From a virus (taxonomy: Duplodnaviria > Caudoviricetes): a DNA stretch of 50,708 nt. Position numbers and translations under genes: made by a program. The notes below the pieces were generated by a model, which saw nothing but the letters and a program-made list of their open reading frames with translations, made no database searches and was not told the DNA's origin. The stretch lies in the IMG/VR virus record IMGVR_UViG_3300017978_000035, positions 1 through 50,708 of that record; one strand, written 5' to 3'. Positions 6,507-14,723 of this stretch are shown in pieces (within the stretch, counting starts at the first letter, position 1; every line of letters begins with the position of its first letter).

Positions 6507-8346
6507 ATGAGTATTTACTTTGGATGTATCTACTTTGAGTCGATTCTTGGTTTCGAATCGGAGGTGAAGCAACGTTAGTTGTTTTGCTGTTAGAAGTCTT
6601 TGGAGCATTGACGATAGTGTTGCTGCTACCCTTGCTCTTACCCTCAACCTTAGCACCTTCATCAGCATTGCTCTTAGATGCGTTGTAGACTTTAGAACCA
6701 TCCACTTGCATAGAACCACCAGCAGCAACGAATGCTGTAGCACGCAACCATGGGAAATCATTGATAGCTTTCATTGACTTTGGATCAATGTTAGAGAACT
6801 TCATCATGGCAGTACCGATGGCATCAAGACCAGTTGCTGCATCAGTGATACCTTGCGCACCGTTTGCCAGATCCATAATCTGATCAACTGGAGACTTCTG
6901 ACCAGAGACAGCAGATAAGAATCCACCAACTAGGTTACCAACACCAGCGACTGCCGTAGCGCCACCGAATGCAGCCAAGCCACCAGCAACTGCCAGAAGA
7001 CCTGCACCAACAGATAACAAGTTGTTACCATCAATTGCTGATAGGCGCTCGATTGATGATGTTACTGCATCGATGATGTTAACGATTGATCCAGAGATAA
7101 CAGTGATAACACCCATGATAACATCACCGACTGCTCGAATGATATCTGGAATCTTTTGAATAGCTGCAACGAATACGTTCTCAACCACGTCTGCGATTTT
7201 AATAAGAACTGGCGCGAAAGCCTCCATGAATGGAGCAGCGTAACCAAGTGCTTTACCGATACCCATAATAGAAAGAGTTGCAGCAGCCAAACCAACTAGA
7301 GTTGCTGGGTTAGCGAGAGCAGCCAAGCCAGAAGCTAAGCCTTGTAGGAATCCTTGGATACCTCTACCAGCACCCTTAAGAAGCGACTGTAAACCAGTGC
7401 CAAGAGACTTAAGACCTGCTCCGATACCACCAAGTAAACCACCGCCAGCATTACCACCATTGCCACCCGCATCTTCTCTACCACCAGCTGATGAGTTGTC
7501 CACACTCTTAGATGTGTTTGCTGCGATCTGTTGTAGAAGAGCAGTTTGGTCATCCATGCGCTTGGCATTCTCTTCAGTCATCTCCTTTGACTTAGAGTCT
7601 TCAGCTAAAGCGTCAGTTGCTGATTGTGGTAGCCCACCAATACCAGAAGTTAGCGGAGCAGAGCTAACAGCATTACTGTTACCTAGCTGTGTTCGTTTGT
7701 CGTACTTAGAGTACTCAGAAGACAAACGATCTTTGTTGTCTAGGAGTTCTTTACCTTTGTCAAGACTCTTGAGGGCTTGGTCGGATACGTTTCCTCCGAG
7801 TTTGTCCTTCATCTTCTTGATTTGTTCGTCGTTCTCTTTGATCTGTTTGGATAGTTTCCAAGCATTCTCAAAGTTTTGTTTCATCATCGCATCAGAATCT
7901 TTGGATCCCATTGCTTTCTGACGATCAACGAACTTGATCTTCTCGATACTCTTATTGAACAACCCTTTGAAGTTGAAGCCTTCCATCAAGTTCTTGGCTA
8001 GGTTATTACCTGAGAACAATTCCTTGAATGAACCCTTGAAACCTTTTAGGTTTTCAGCAAGGGTTTTTGTAGTCTTCATGCTATCTGCAATATCCTTGAA
8101 GGACTGAAGTTCATCTTCTCTAATCTTCTGTAGAGCAGCTGCACTTTCTTTCGCTTGACTGATCGCATCTCGTTGAGCATCAAGAATAGACTTCTGGACA
8201 TCCAGAGAATCTTTTTGTACTTGAACTCCACCAGCTTGCACTTGAGAATCCATCAATTCGCGGATACTCTTTACTTGTGTGAGTTGGTCTTGTTGTAACT
8301 CAACAAGTCTGGCAAAACTCTTTGGTGATGCGGTGATTACAGTCAT
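6505..8346 (-). CDS. Tape measure / gp29-like tail length determinant
   Basis: 613 aa, coiled-coil N-half, Gly/Ala-rich hydrophobic segments; downstream of gp26/gp51. Confidence 0.65.
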   Translation of the reverse strand: MTVITASPKSFARLVELQQDQLTQVKSIRELMDSQVQAGGVQVQKDSLDVQKSILDAQRDAISQAKESAAALQKIREDELQSFKDIADSMKTTKTLAENLKGFKGSFKELFSGNNLAKNLMEGFNFKGLFNKSIEKIKFVDRQKAMGSKDSDAMMKQNFENAWKLSKQIKENDEQIKKMKDKLGGNVSDQALKSLDKGKELLDNKDRLSSEYSKYDKRTQLGNSNAVSSAPLTSGIGGLPQSATDALAEDSKSKEMTEENAKRMDDQTALLQQIAANTSKSVDNSSAGGREDAGGNGGNAGGGLLGGIGAGLKSLGTGLQSLLKGAGRGIQGFLQGLASGLAALANPATLVGLAAATLSIMGIGKALGYAAPFMEAFAPVLIKIADVVENVFVAAIQKIPDIIRAVGDVIMGVITVISGSIVNIIDAVTSSIERLSAIDGNNLLSVGAGLLAVAGGLAAFGGATAVAGVGNLVGGFLSAVSGQKSPVDQIMDLANGAQGITDAATGLDAIGTAMMKFSNIDPKSMKAINDFPWLRATAFVAAGGSMQVDGSKVYNASKSNADEGAKVEGKSKGSSNTIVNAPKTSNSKTTNVASPPIRNQESTQSRYIQSKYS

Positions 8347-8531
8347 TACATTCTCTTCTTAGATTCGATTCTGCGTTTTTCTTCTTCTAGATACTGGATC
8401 AGCATGTGTACATAAACTTCACGCTCAAACGGTATCATCTCTTCTAGGTCTGATAGCGTATACTTGTGGTATTGCATCAGGGCAAAATTCATCTTGTAGT
8501 AGTTCGATAAGGTTTCATGACAAAGGTTCAT
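8346..8531 (-). CDS. gp51: gp51-like baseplate hub assembly protein (short form)
   Basis: L.NYYK.NFALMQYHKY.L.DLE.MIPFEREVY..ML..YLEEE motif. Confidence 0.8.
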   Translation of the reverse strand: MNLCHETLSNYYKMNFALMQYHKYTLSDLEEMIPFEREVYVHMLIQYLEEEKRRIESKKRM

Positions 8532-9253
8532 TAAAAAAAACTTTGCATGCCCTCCAACGTCTTGTCGTGCGCTTTACCGCAGATAGGACAATTGTATTGA
8601 ACCTGTTTTTTAATTCTAGGCATTGTAGCGAAGAATTTTTGGATATTCAAGAACTGTTCTGAAGTCAGGTTGTTCAAGAACTGTAGCAACTCTTCTTTGG
8701 ATTGTTCTTTAGCGTAGAAAATCTCTTCACCTTGATAGATGAAGTCGATTGAGTCCGCGATAACGGCAAACACTGCGTCTAAATCTTCAGTGTTGGTCTT
8801 TTCCAACTTCTTCATACCATCGATGGTTGGATACTTCATCATAACACCAACGTCACCGAATAACTCGATTTTGTTTGTGTGGTCTGCAGACTTCTCAACT
8901 ACGATAGAAGTTAGATCAATCTTAACCTTCACGATGGCTTTGTCGTTTTGTTCTCCGTGGTCTTCATCGCACGGGAATAGTAATTCGATGATTTCGCCGA
9001 CAGACTTAGCGCGGATCTGAGTGAACATGTACTCAAGATCGAACGTTGCTAGGTCATCAACATCAATCGGATCCAGAACGCATGACTTGATAACTTCTTT
9101 CAGTGTATCAATCATGACCATAAGGTCTTCGCTCTGTTGAGCGATCAACAAATGCTTTTCTTCCTTGATTAGGAATGGGCGATAACGCACTGATTTACCA
9201 GTAGACGGTATCACAAGGTTAAACGTAGGTGTGTTGTTAATTGGTAAAGCCAT
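8531..9253 (-). CDS. gp26: Baseplate hub subunit/assembly protein gp26
   Basis: MALP....PT..L.IPSTG..V.YRPFL.KEEK.LL, D.EY.F.QIRAKSVGE, C-terminal CP.CG...LEG..SFF. Confidence 0.9.
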   Translation of the reverse strand: MALPINNTPTFNLVIPSTGKSVRYRPFLIKEEKHLLIAQQSEDLMVMIDTLKEVIKSCVLDPIDVDDLATFDLEYMFTQIRAKSVGEIIELLFPCDEDHGEQNDKAIVKVKIDLTSIVVEKSADHTNKIELFGDVGVMMKYPTIDGMKKLEKTNTEDLDAVFAVIADSIDFIYQGEEIFYAKEQSKEELLQFLNNLTSEQFLNIQKFFATMPRIKKQVQYNCPICGKAHDKTLEGMQSFF

Positions 9254-9254
9254 A

Positions 9255-9668
9255 TTATGCCCCTTTATTCATATTTGAAATCATCTTGTTCAATTCAGCA
9301 GTGCTACCTACGAAGATAGCATTGTTATTAGTAACCTGTTTGGAGATTTCTCCCTTAGACGGTTCGTCTAGTTTTTTCTTTTGTTGATGGATGTCCATTA
9401 GCTGTTGGTTAATGTCAGCCAACTGCTTCATAAGGTTTCCAACAACTTCAAATGCTCTTGGGTGTTCTGATTGTTTAGCAACATCAAGTGCGTGTTGAAG
9501 AGCAGTCTGTCCTTTGATTAGGATGTCCTTCAAGTTATTTCTAGATGTTTCATAGTCATCATCTACTTTAGAAGAAGATGGAGTAACCTCATTAACAGTA
9601 ATCACCTCTTGCTGGGCTGGCATCGGTTCGATGTCAAACACCTCAGAAAGATTGTCGTCGATTTTCAT
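9255..9668 (-). CDS. gp16: Terminase small subunit gp16
   Basis: DDYE.SR.NL, A.QSEHPRAFEV...LMKQ, NNAIFVGSTAEL motifs. Confidence 0.85.
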   Translation of the reverse strand: MKIDDNLSEVFDIEPMPAQQEVITVNEVTPSSSKVDDDYETSRNNLKDILIKGQTALQHALDVAKQSEHPRAFEVVGNLMKQLADINQQLMDIHQQKKKLDEPSKGEISKQVTNNNAIFVGSTAELNKMISNMNKGA

Positions 9669-9692
9669 TCAATATCCTTTATCACAATAATG

Positions 9693-9699
9693 TATTTAG
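9693..9699 (-). promoter_or_regulatory. Late promoter box CTAAATA for gp16
   Basis: On the minus strand just upstream of the gp16 RBS. Confidence 0.55.
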
Positions 9700-10397
9700 A
9701 ACCTAATTTTAGTAGCCCACTGTTGTAGTTGTTTCTGAGCGCCCATAACAACTGCACCAGTTGCAAAGTTCTGTAGTTGTCCGAGACCTTTCTGGAATCG
9801 CTCTTGGAAGCCAGTGAAGTTCTCTGTGAATTTGTCGATCAAGCTAGTTGTGATGATTTGACCATCAGCCAACTCTTGCGCAGGAGATGCCACCCAATAG
9901 CGATACTGGAATGTTACCTGCAACTTCATGGCTTCTTTTGATTGATTGTCCAAGTTGATGCCAGTGATAGTTTTTGGATAGCACTCAAACAGCTTCATCT
10001 TATATTGAGTCTTATCGTTAGTGTCTTGCACAGTCACAACGATATCAGAGATGTATCTGTCGTAGTAGTTGAATGTTCTAGTGTATGGGTCTTGAATCTG
10101 CGCTTGCCACTCGTCAAAAATCTGCTTAACATGCATACCACGATCAACGTAGAATGTCATTGACAGGTTATCGAATGTCTTGTCGTAAGGCAACTCTCGC
10201 ACTTCACCGAATGTGCGACTTGGTGTTGTCACATAGTTGGCACCTGGAAGGTTGACTTGGTCACAGAACAACAACATTGTCTTGATGTTGTTCGGATTAG
10301 TTGCAGTTGGTGGAGACATCTCCACAGCGAATCTGTTTGTCTTTGCTAATCCAGTTGTCTTTATCTGTGTGATAAATTCGTTGATTTTTGCCGTCAT
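9696..10397 (-). CDS. Tail tube-like baseplate protein (gp54/gp19 family)
   Basis: GLA..NRF.V, C..V.LPG, F..W...I, YP..I..I.L, L.VTF.YR.W tube-fold motifs. Confidence 0.8.
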   Translation of the reverse strand: MTAKINEFITQIKTTGLAKTNRFAVEMSPPTATNPNNIKTMLLFCDQVNLPGANYVTTPSRTFGEVRELPYDKTFDNLSMTFYVDRGMHVKQIFDEWQAQIQDPYTRTFNYYDRYISDIVVTVQDTNDKTQYKMKLFECYPKTITGINLDNQSKEAMKLQVTFQYRYWVASPAQELADGQIITTSLIDKFTENFTGFQERFQKGLGQLQNFATGAVVMGAQKQLQQWATKIRF

Positions 10398-11023
10398 GTT
10401 GAGTAACCGATCTTTTTACGTGAGTCAATCCAGACTTGGTCTGGTGCTGCCTTAACGAAGAATTCGACAGGTAGCAACATAGCTGTAGCCCAGTCGTTAG
10501 CGTAAATTTGTCTAAACGAAGAACGCATATTAGCGAATAGGTATTGTTTGAACGCAGGTTTTGCTGCCGCGAACTTTGACACACCGTCAATCATCTCCCA
10601 TGTATACTTGATACGAGTCGTCTCGTCCATCTTGTTGTTTGTCTTATAAATCATGAGACGGTGCAACAACAAAACGCGAAGGCGATATGGAAGATAGTGA
10701 AAATTGATGCCCATGAATCCGTCTTGTGTACGCTTGTACAATAAGACTAGAGGAAACTTATCATAGTATGGTAATTCATGCTTAGTCTTCGGGTCATAGA
10801 AGAACATGTACATAAAACCAGGGAGCAAGCGAGTCGTGATCTGGTCAGGGTTTCCTTTGTAGACACTGTAAGGTGTCATACCCTGACGCCACAACATGTT
10901 TACCTGCTGTTCGAACCAAGCCTTTGATTGACGTGCTGCGTCTGGGAGGTTGTACTTGTTTCTCTCGAATACATCGAGCAAGTTGACCTGCGTGGGGCGT
11001 TTTCTGAATGACTTTTTAGGCAT
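10394..11023 (-). CDS. gp2: DNA end protector gp2
   Basis: PG.MY.FFYDPK.K..LPYYD.FPLVL, G.NFHYLP...R, K.YL, W.TA..LPVE.F. Confidence 0.9.
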   Translation of the reverse strand: MPKKSFRKRPTQVNLLDVFERNKYNLPDAARQSKAWFEQQVNMLWRQGMTPYSVYKGNPDQITTRLLPGFMYMFFYDPKTKHELPYYDKFPLVLLYKRTQDGFMGINFHYLPYRLRVLLLHRLMIYKTNNKMDETTRIKYTWEMIDGVSKFAAAKPAFKQYLFANMRSSFRQIYANDWATAMLLPVEFFVKAAPDQVWIDSRKKIGYST

Positions 11024-11028
11024 ATTGA

Positions 11029-11475
11029 TTATTTAGGCTTAGCCAGTCCAAGTTCATACTCAGTGATAATCTTAAATTCCCATCCACGGTCTTTGGCATA
11101 TTCTCTGGCAGCTGCCCACTTAGCTTGGTTCTTAATGAACATGTACGACTCGGTTAGGTATTTCTTTGTTCGTTTTCCAGGGAATTCTGGAGGGTGGCAC
11201 TGCTTGTATGGTTTCACTTCAATCAAGAATGTCTTTAAGACATCATCTCGAGTCTTCACCTGAATCTTAAAGTCGATGAAGTAACGGTGAACCTTGTTAT
11301 CTGTCGGACAGCGGTATGGAACGACGGTTTCTTCTGAATTCCACTTAATGATGCTTGGGTTCATGTCGCACCAATTTGCAAACTGAGTCTCCCATGACGA
11401 CCTCATGATGATATTTGTGGGATCGCCAGCGTATTTTTCTGGAAACGTCGGAGAGAACTTTCTTTTGTGGAACAT
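11029..11475 (-). CDS. gp4: Head completion nuclease gp4 (TnsA-like PD-(D/E)xK)
   Basis: P.KY.GDP.NII.RSSWE, W.SEE..VPY, HRYF.DF, IEVKP, NQAKW.AA, FKIITE. Confidence 0.93.
   Translation of the reverse strand: MFHKRKFSPTFPEKYAGDPTNIIMRSSWETQFANWCDMNPSIIKWNSEETVVPYRCPTDNKVHRYFIDFKIQVKTRDDVLKTFLIEVKPYKQCHPPEFPGKRTKKYLTESYMFIKNQAKWAAAREYAKDRGWEFKIITEYELGLAKPK
11030..11036 (-). promoter_or_regulatory. Late promoter box CTAAATA for gp2
   Basis: 6 nt upstream of the gp2 ATG. Confidence 0.6.
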
Positions 11476-11512
11476 AAATAAGTCTTAGGAATAAATAACC
11501 ACTTTTATTTAG
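11474..11512. promoter_or_regulatory. Divergent late promoter region
   Basis: ATAAATA at 11474-80 and 11491-97 (+) and CTAAATA at 11506-12 (-) between divergent operons. Confidence 0.75.
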
Positions 11513-11526
11513 GTTAAAGGCTAAAA

Positions 11527-12690
11527 ATGGCTGATAGTAGCAACGCAAGAAGAGACGGTGAAACGTCAAAGAAACCATGGACAGCGTCTGAGAAGGCGAA
11601 AAGTGCCAAGGAATTCAACCCCAAAGATGGGGTGTATGACATTAAGAATTACTGTTACCCAGCAGACTTAATGACGCCGATATATGGCGGGAACTACGCC
11701 ATTTTCTACATTAACGTTTCCAACGATTCTAAGCTGATCAAAGACAAGATCGCCGAAGTTGTTCTAGACTCTAAGGTTGAACCACGTATGCGTGGTGATT
11801 TGATCGGTCTGCAGATGACTAAGAACTCTTTGATGGGAGCCAACGCAACAGTTAACGCTATCACGAACGTGGGTAAGGTTGCTGGTAATGCTGCTGCTGG
11901 TGCAGCTGCTGCTGTGGCTGGTGGTGCTGGTAAATATCTGGCAGGTGCTGTTGGTGGAGCTGCTGGTGCAGCAACTGCTGCTGCTCCCGCTATTGGTATG
12001 CGTATTGCGGCGACTCAAGCACCTGATGCTACTCGCAGCCAACGTAGACTTAAAGCTGCGATCGCTCTTCACGTCCCTAACCAACTGACTGTTCGTTACG
12101 GTATGGTCTGGTCAGACGAAGACACTGCTGACATTCAGATGGCAGAGGCTCTTGGTAGCGACATTTATCGAGCATTGACAGATAGCGATGCTTCTAAGAA
12201 CTCTGACTTAACTGGCAATGCTGGTGCAGCTGCTGCGAACTTGATGTTGCGCAAAGGTCCACAGGCTGGAGCTAACTCTGCTGCTCTTGGTATTGCAGCC
12301 AACCCAAAGAAAGAACAGGTGTTCAAGGGTGTAGACTTCAGAACATTCTCATTCGAGTATCAATTCTTTCCACGTAGCCAAGAAGAAGCTAAGAACGTAT
12401 TGGAAATTGTCCATATGTTCAAGATGCACATGCACCCTGAGTTCAAAGACTCTCATAACTTCGTTTACATCTATCCTTCTGAATTTGACATCTCTTACTA
12501 TAATAATGGTAAAGAAAACTTGAACCTCCACCGCCACACATCTTGTGTGTTGACTGAGATGACAGTCAACTATACACCAAACGGTGCGTTCTCTACATTC
12601 GGTAATGGTATGCCAACGCAAATCAACATCTCTATGACATTCAGAGAACTACAACTTCTTACAAAAGACAGTATTCAGGGAGGGCTATAA
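11527..12690 (+). CDS. gp48: Baseplate tail-tube cap gp48
   Basis: YP.DL, I.L.VP, NP.KEQ.F.GV.FR.F.F...F.PRS..EA..V..I...FK, CVL....VNYTP, F.EL..LT. Confidence 0.88.
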   Translation: MADSSNARRDGETSKKPWTASEKAKSAKEFNPKDGVYDIKNYCYPADLMTPIYGGNYAIFYINVSNDSKLIKDKIAEVVLDSKVEPRMRGDLIGLQMTKNSLMGANATVNAITNVGKVAGNAAAGAAAAVAGGAGKYLAGAVGGAAGAATAAAPAIGMRIAATQAPDATRSQRRLKAAIALHVPNQLTVRYGMVWSDEDTADIQMAEALGSDIYRALTDSDASKNSDLTGNAGAAAANLMLRKGPQAGANSAALGIAANPKKEQVFKGVDFRTFSFEYQFFPRSQEEAKNVLEIVHMFKMHMHPEFKDSHNFVYIYPSEFDISYYNNGKENLNLHRHTSCVLTEMTVNYTPNGAFSTFGNGMPTQINISMTFRELQLLTKDSIQGGL

Positions 12691-12693
12691 TTT

Positions 12694-13440
12694 ATGTACT
12701 TCGAGGACTTCCCTACTTTCTTATACGACTTCAAGTACGGTAAGAACAACTACAAGACTTCTGTTGTTACGGATATTACTCGAAATATCCGATTCAGAAG
12801 AGACCTGTTGTCAAACATCAGCTTGTACGAAGAGTACGACATTGTTGATGGAGAGACTCCAGAGATTATCGCTGAGAAGATCTATGGTAGCGCTCAGTAC
12901 CACTGGATCGTTATGTTATTGAATGATCGTTTCGACTACATCTCAGATTTCCCATTGAAGGAGTCTGAATTGATCCGTCACATCCATTCAAGATACAATC
13001 CAACACTCACGCCAACCTCATGGACATATAGCGGCAGAAACGTAACCGCCACTCTAGTGAATCACGGTCTGCAAGTGTCTCCAACCACAACACTAACTGT
13101 TAGTGGTGCAGTGACAACTACAAACCCACCGAATGGAACTTACACTGTTACTGCAGTGACATATGACACGTTCACATTCCAAGTGCCTGCAAATATGATT
13201 CCAACTGGTCCAGCCACTGGAACACTGACTGTTGATACCAAGAACCGCGAGAGTTACATCGTACACTATAAGAATGCGCAAGGGTTTATCGTTAACCCAG
13301 TAGACGCATCGTCTGGTGTTACAACCTCTATCACTGGTGAGATGGTCGCGCGAGAAGAGAATGAAGCGAAACGTAGAATTAAATTGATCGCTCCAGAACT
13401 TCTAAATACAATCTTGAGAGATTTCAAAGATAATCTATAA
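12694..13440 (+). CDS. gp53: Baseplate wedge protein gp53 (LysM-like) with a beta-rich insertion
   Basis: YF..FP...Y, Y.I.DGETPE.IA.K.YG...YHWIV, E.NE.KR.IK.I.P; insert HGL....LTVSG....NGTYTVT. Confidence 0.88.
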   Translation: MYFEDFPTFLYDFKYGKNNYKTSVVTDITRNIRFRRDLLSNISLYEEYDIVDGETPEIIAEKIYGSAQYHWIVMLLNDRFDYISDFPLKESELIRHIHSRYNPTLTPTSWTYSGRNVTATLVNHGLQVSPTTTLTVSGAVTTTNPPNGTYTVTAVTYDTFTFQVPANMIPTGPATGTLTVDTKNRESYIVHYKNAQGFIVNPVDASSGVTTSITGEMVAREENEAKRRIKLIAPELLNTILRDFKDNL

Positions 13441-14723
13441 TGGCTACTAACCCAAGTCAAGTATTAAGATATGCTGGCGACGTCAGCATAGACAAAGTCC
13501 TGATCACCACATCACGTGGTTTCTATCAGGACGTCACAGCGCAGGTTATTAACATGCAAATCTTCGAGGACATTTTCTCGCCATTCATGAGCGGGAATAT
13601 TGTCCTTAGAGAATCACTGGACTTGGTTAACTTGTTCCCATTCATTGGTGAAGAATTCCTAGATCTAGAAATTACTACACCAACAATCCCACACGGGAAA
13701 ATAAAACAACGCTTTCACATCTACAAGTTGACAGATCGTCAGTTGCTTGGTGATCGCCTTGTTGCATATCAACTACACTTCATGTCCATTGAGTCAGTCG
13801 TTGACTTGAACAAGAAGATTAGCAAGGTTTACTCTGGTAAGATTTCAGAATTGGTTGGTCGTTTCGTAACGGACACAACAGATGGTCTAGAGAGTGAGAA
13901 GAACTTCTATGTTCAAGCAACCAGAAACAACTTAAAGTACATCTCCAATTATTGGTCACCTGTTAAGAATATCACGTTCTTGGCAGAGAACTCTTTGTCT
14001 GAAAGTGGATCTCCATCCTATTTGTTCTTCGAGAACCGTAATGGATTCAACTTCGTTTCTCTGGAGGCTCTGTATAACAACGAAGCCGTACAAGAATTTA
14101 AGGTAGACCGATACACTCGTGATAACGTACCAATGGGTGGTAGCGCGTTGAACTCTGCAGAAGACTTTAAGCGTATTAGCACTCTGAACATTCCAGTCGG
14201 TTTCGATTACATTGATCGTATTCGTTCTGGTATGATGGCGTCACGTCTTGTGTCATACGATATGACAAAGAAGGTTTACACTGCTCGTAACTATAACATG
14301 TTCCAGAAGTACGACAAGCAAGTACACTTGAACAAATATCCAATCAGTTCTGACTCTGCTATCTTCAGAGCAAACTCATTGATGATTAACTATCCTCGTG
14401 CCTTCGAAAACTTCAGCGGTTTCGGTGACTCTACAAACGCTCGTATGGTGCAAGAACGCATCTCTCTGATGAAACAGGCTGAGGCTGGCAAAATAAGTAT
14501 TAATGTTCCAGGTCGTGTTGACTACACTGTTGGTCAAAAGGTTAAAGTGACTCTGAACAAGATCGAACCAATTCAAAAGAATGAAACGGACATCGTCGAT
14601 AAGATGTTCTCTGGCTACTACATTGTTGCAGCGATCAACCACTACATTACACGTCAACAACATGAATGCTACATGGAATTGATTAAGGACTCTTCAATGG
14701 TCAATTTTAACGAGAAGAAATAA
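13440..14723 (+). CDS. Baseplate hub protein (gp27-like)
   Basis: IFEDIFSPF.SG.I, P.IGEE, FFEN..GF.F.SL, VPG.....VG..V, SG.Y.V.AI.H; directly upstream of gp5. Confidence 0.75.
   Translation: MATNPSQVLRYAGDVSIDKVLITTSRGFYQDVTAQVINMQIFEDIFSPFMSGNIVLRESLDLVNLFPFIGEEFLDLEITTPTIPHGKIKQRFHIYKLTDRQLLGDRLVAYQLHFMSIESVVDLNKKISKVYSGKISELVGRFVTDTTDGLESEKNFYVQATRNNLKYISNYWSPVKNITFLAENSLSESGSPSYLFFENRNGFNFVSLEALYNNEAVQEFKVDRYTRDNVPMGGSALNSAEDFKRISTLNIPVGFDYIDRIRSGMMASRLVSYDMTKKVYTARNYNMFQKYDKQVHLNKYPISSDSAIFRANSLMINYPRAFENFSGFGDSTNARMVQERISLMKQAEAGKISINVPGRVDYTVGQKVKVTLNKIEPIQKNETDIVDKMFSGYYIVAAINHYITRQQHECYMELIKDSSMVNFNEKK

Noticed and set aside
7397-7921. 174-aa plus-strand Pro/Ser-rich ORF
   Set aside because: Antisense reading of the Gly-rich tape measure gene
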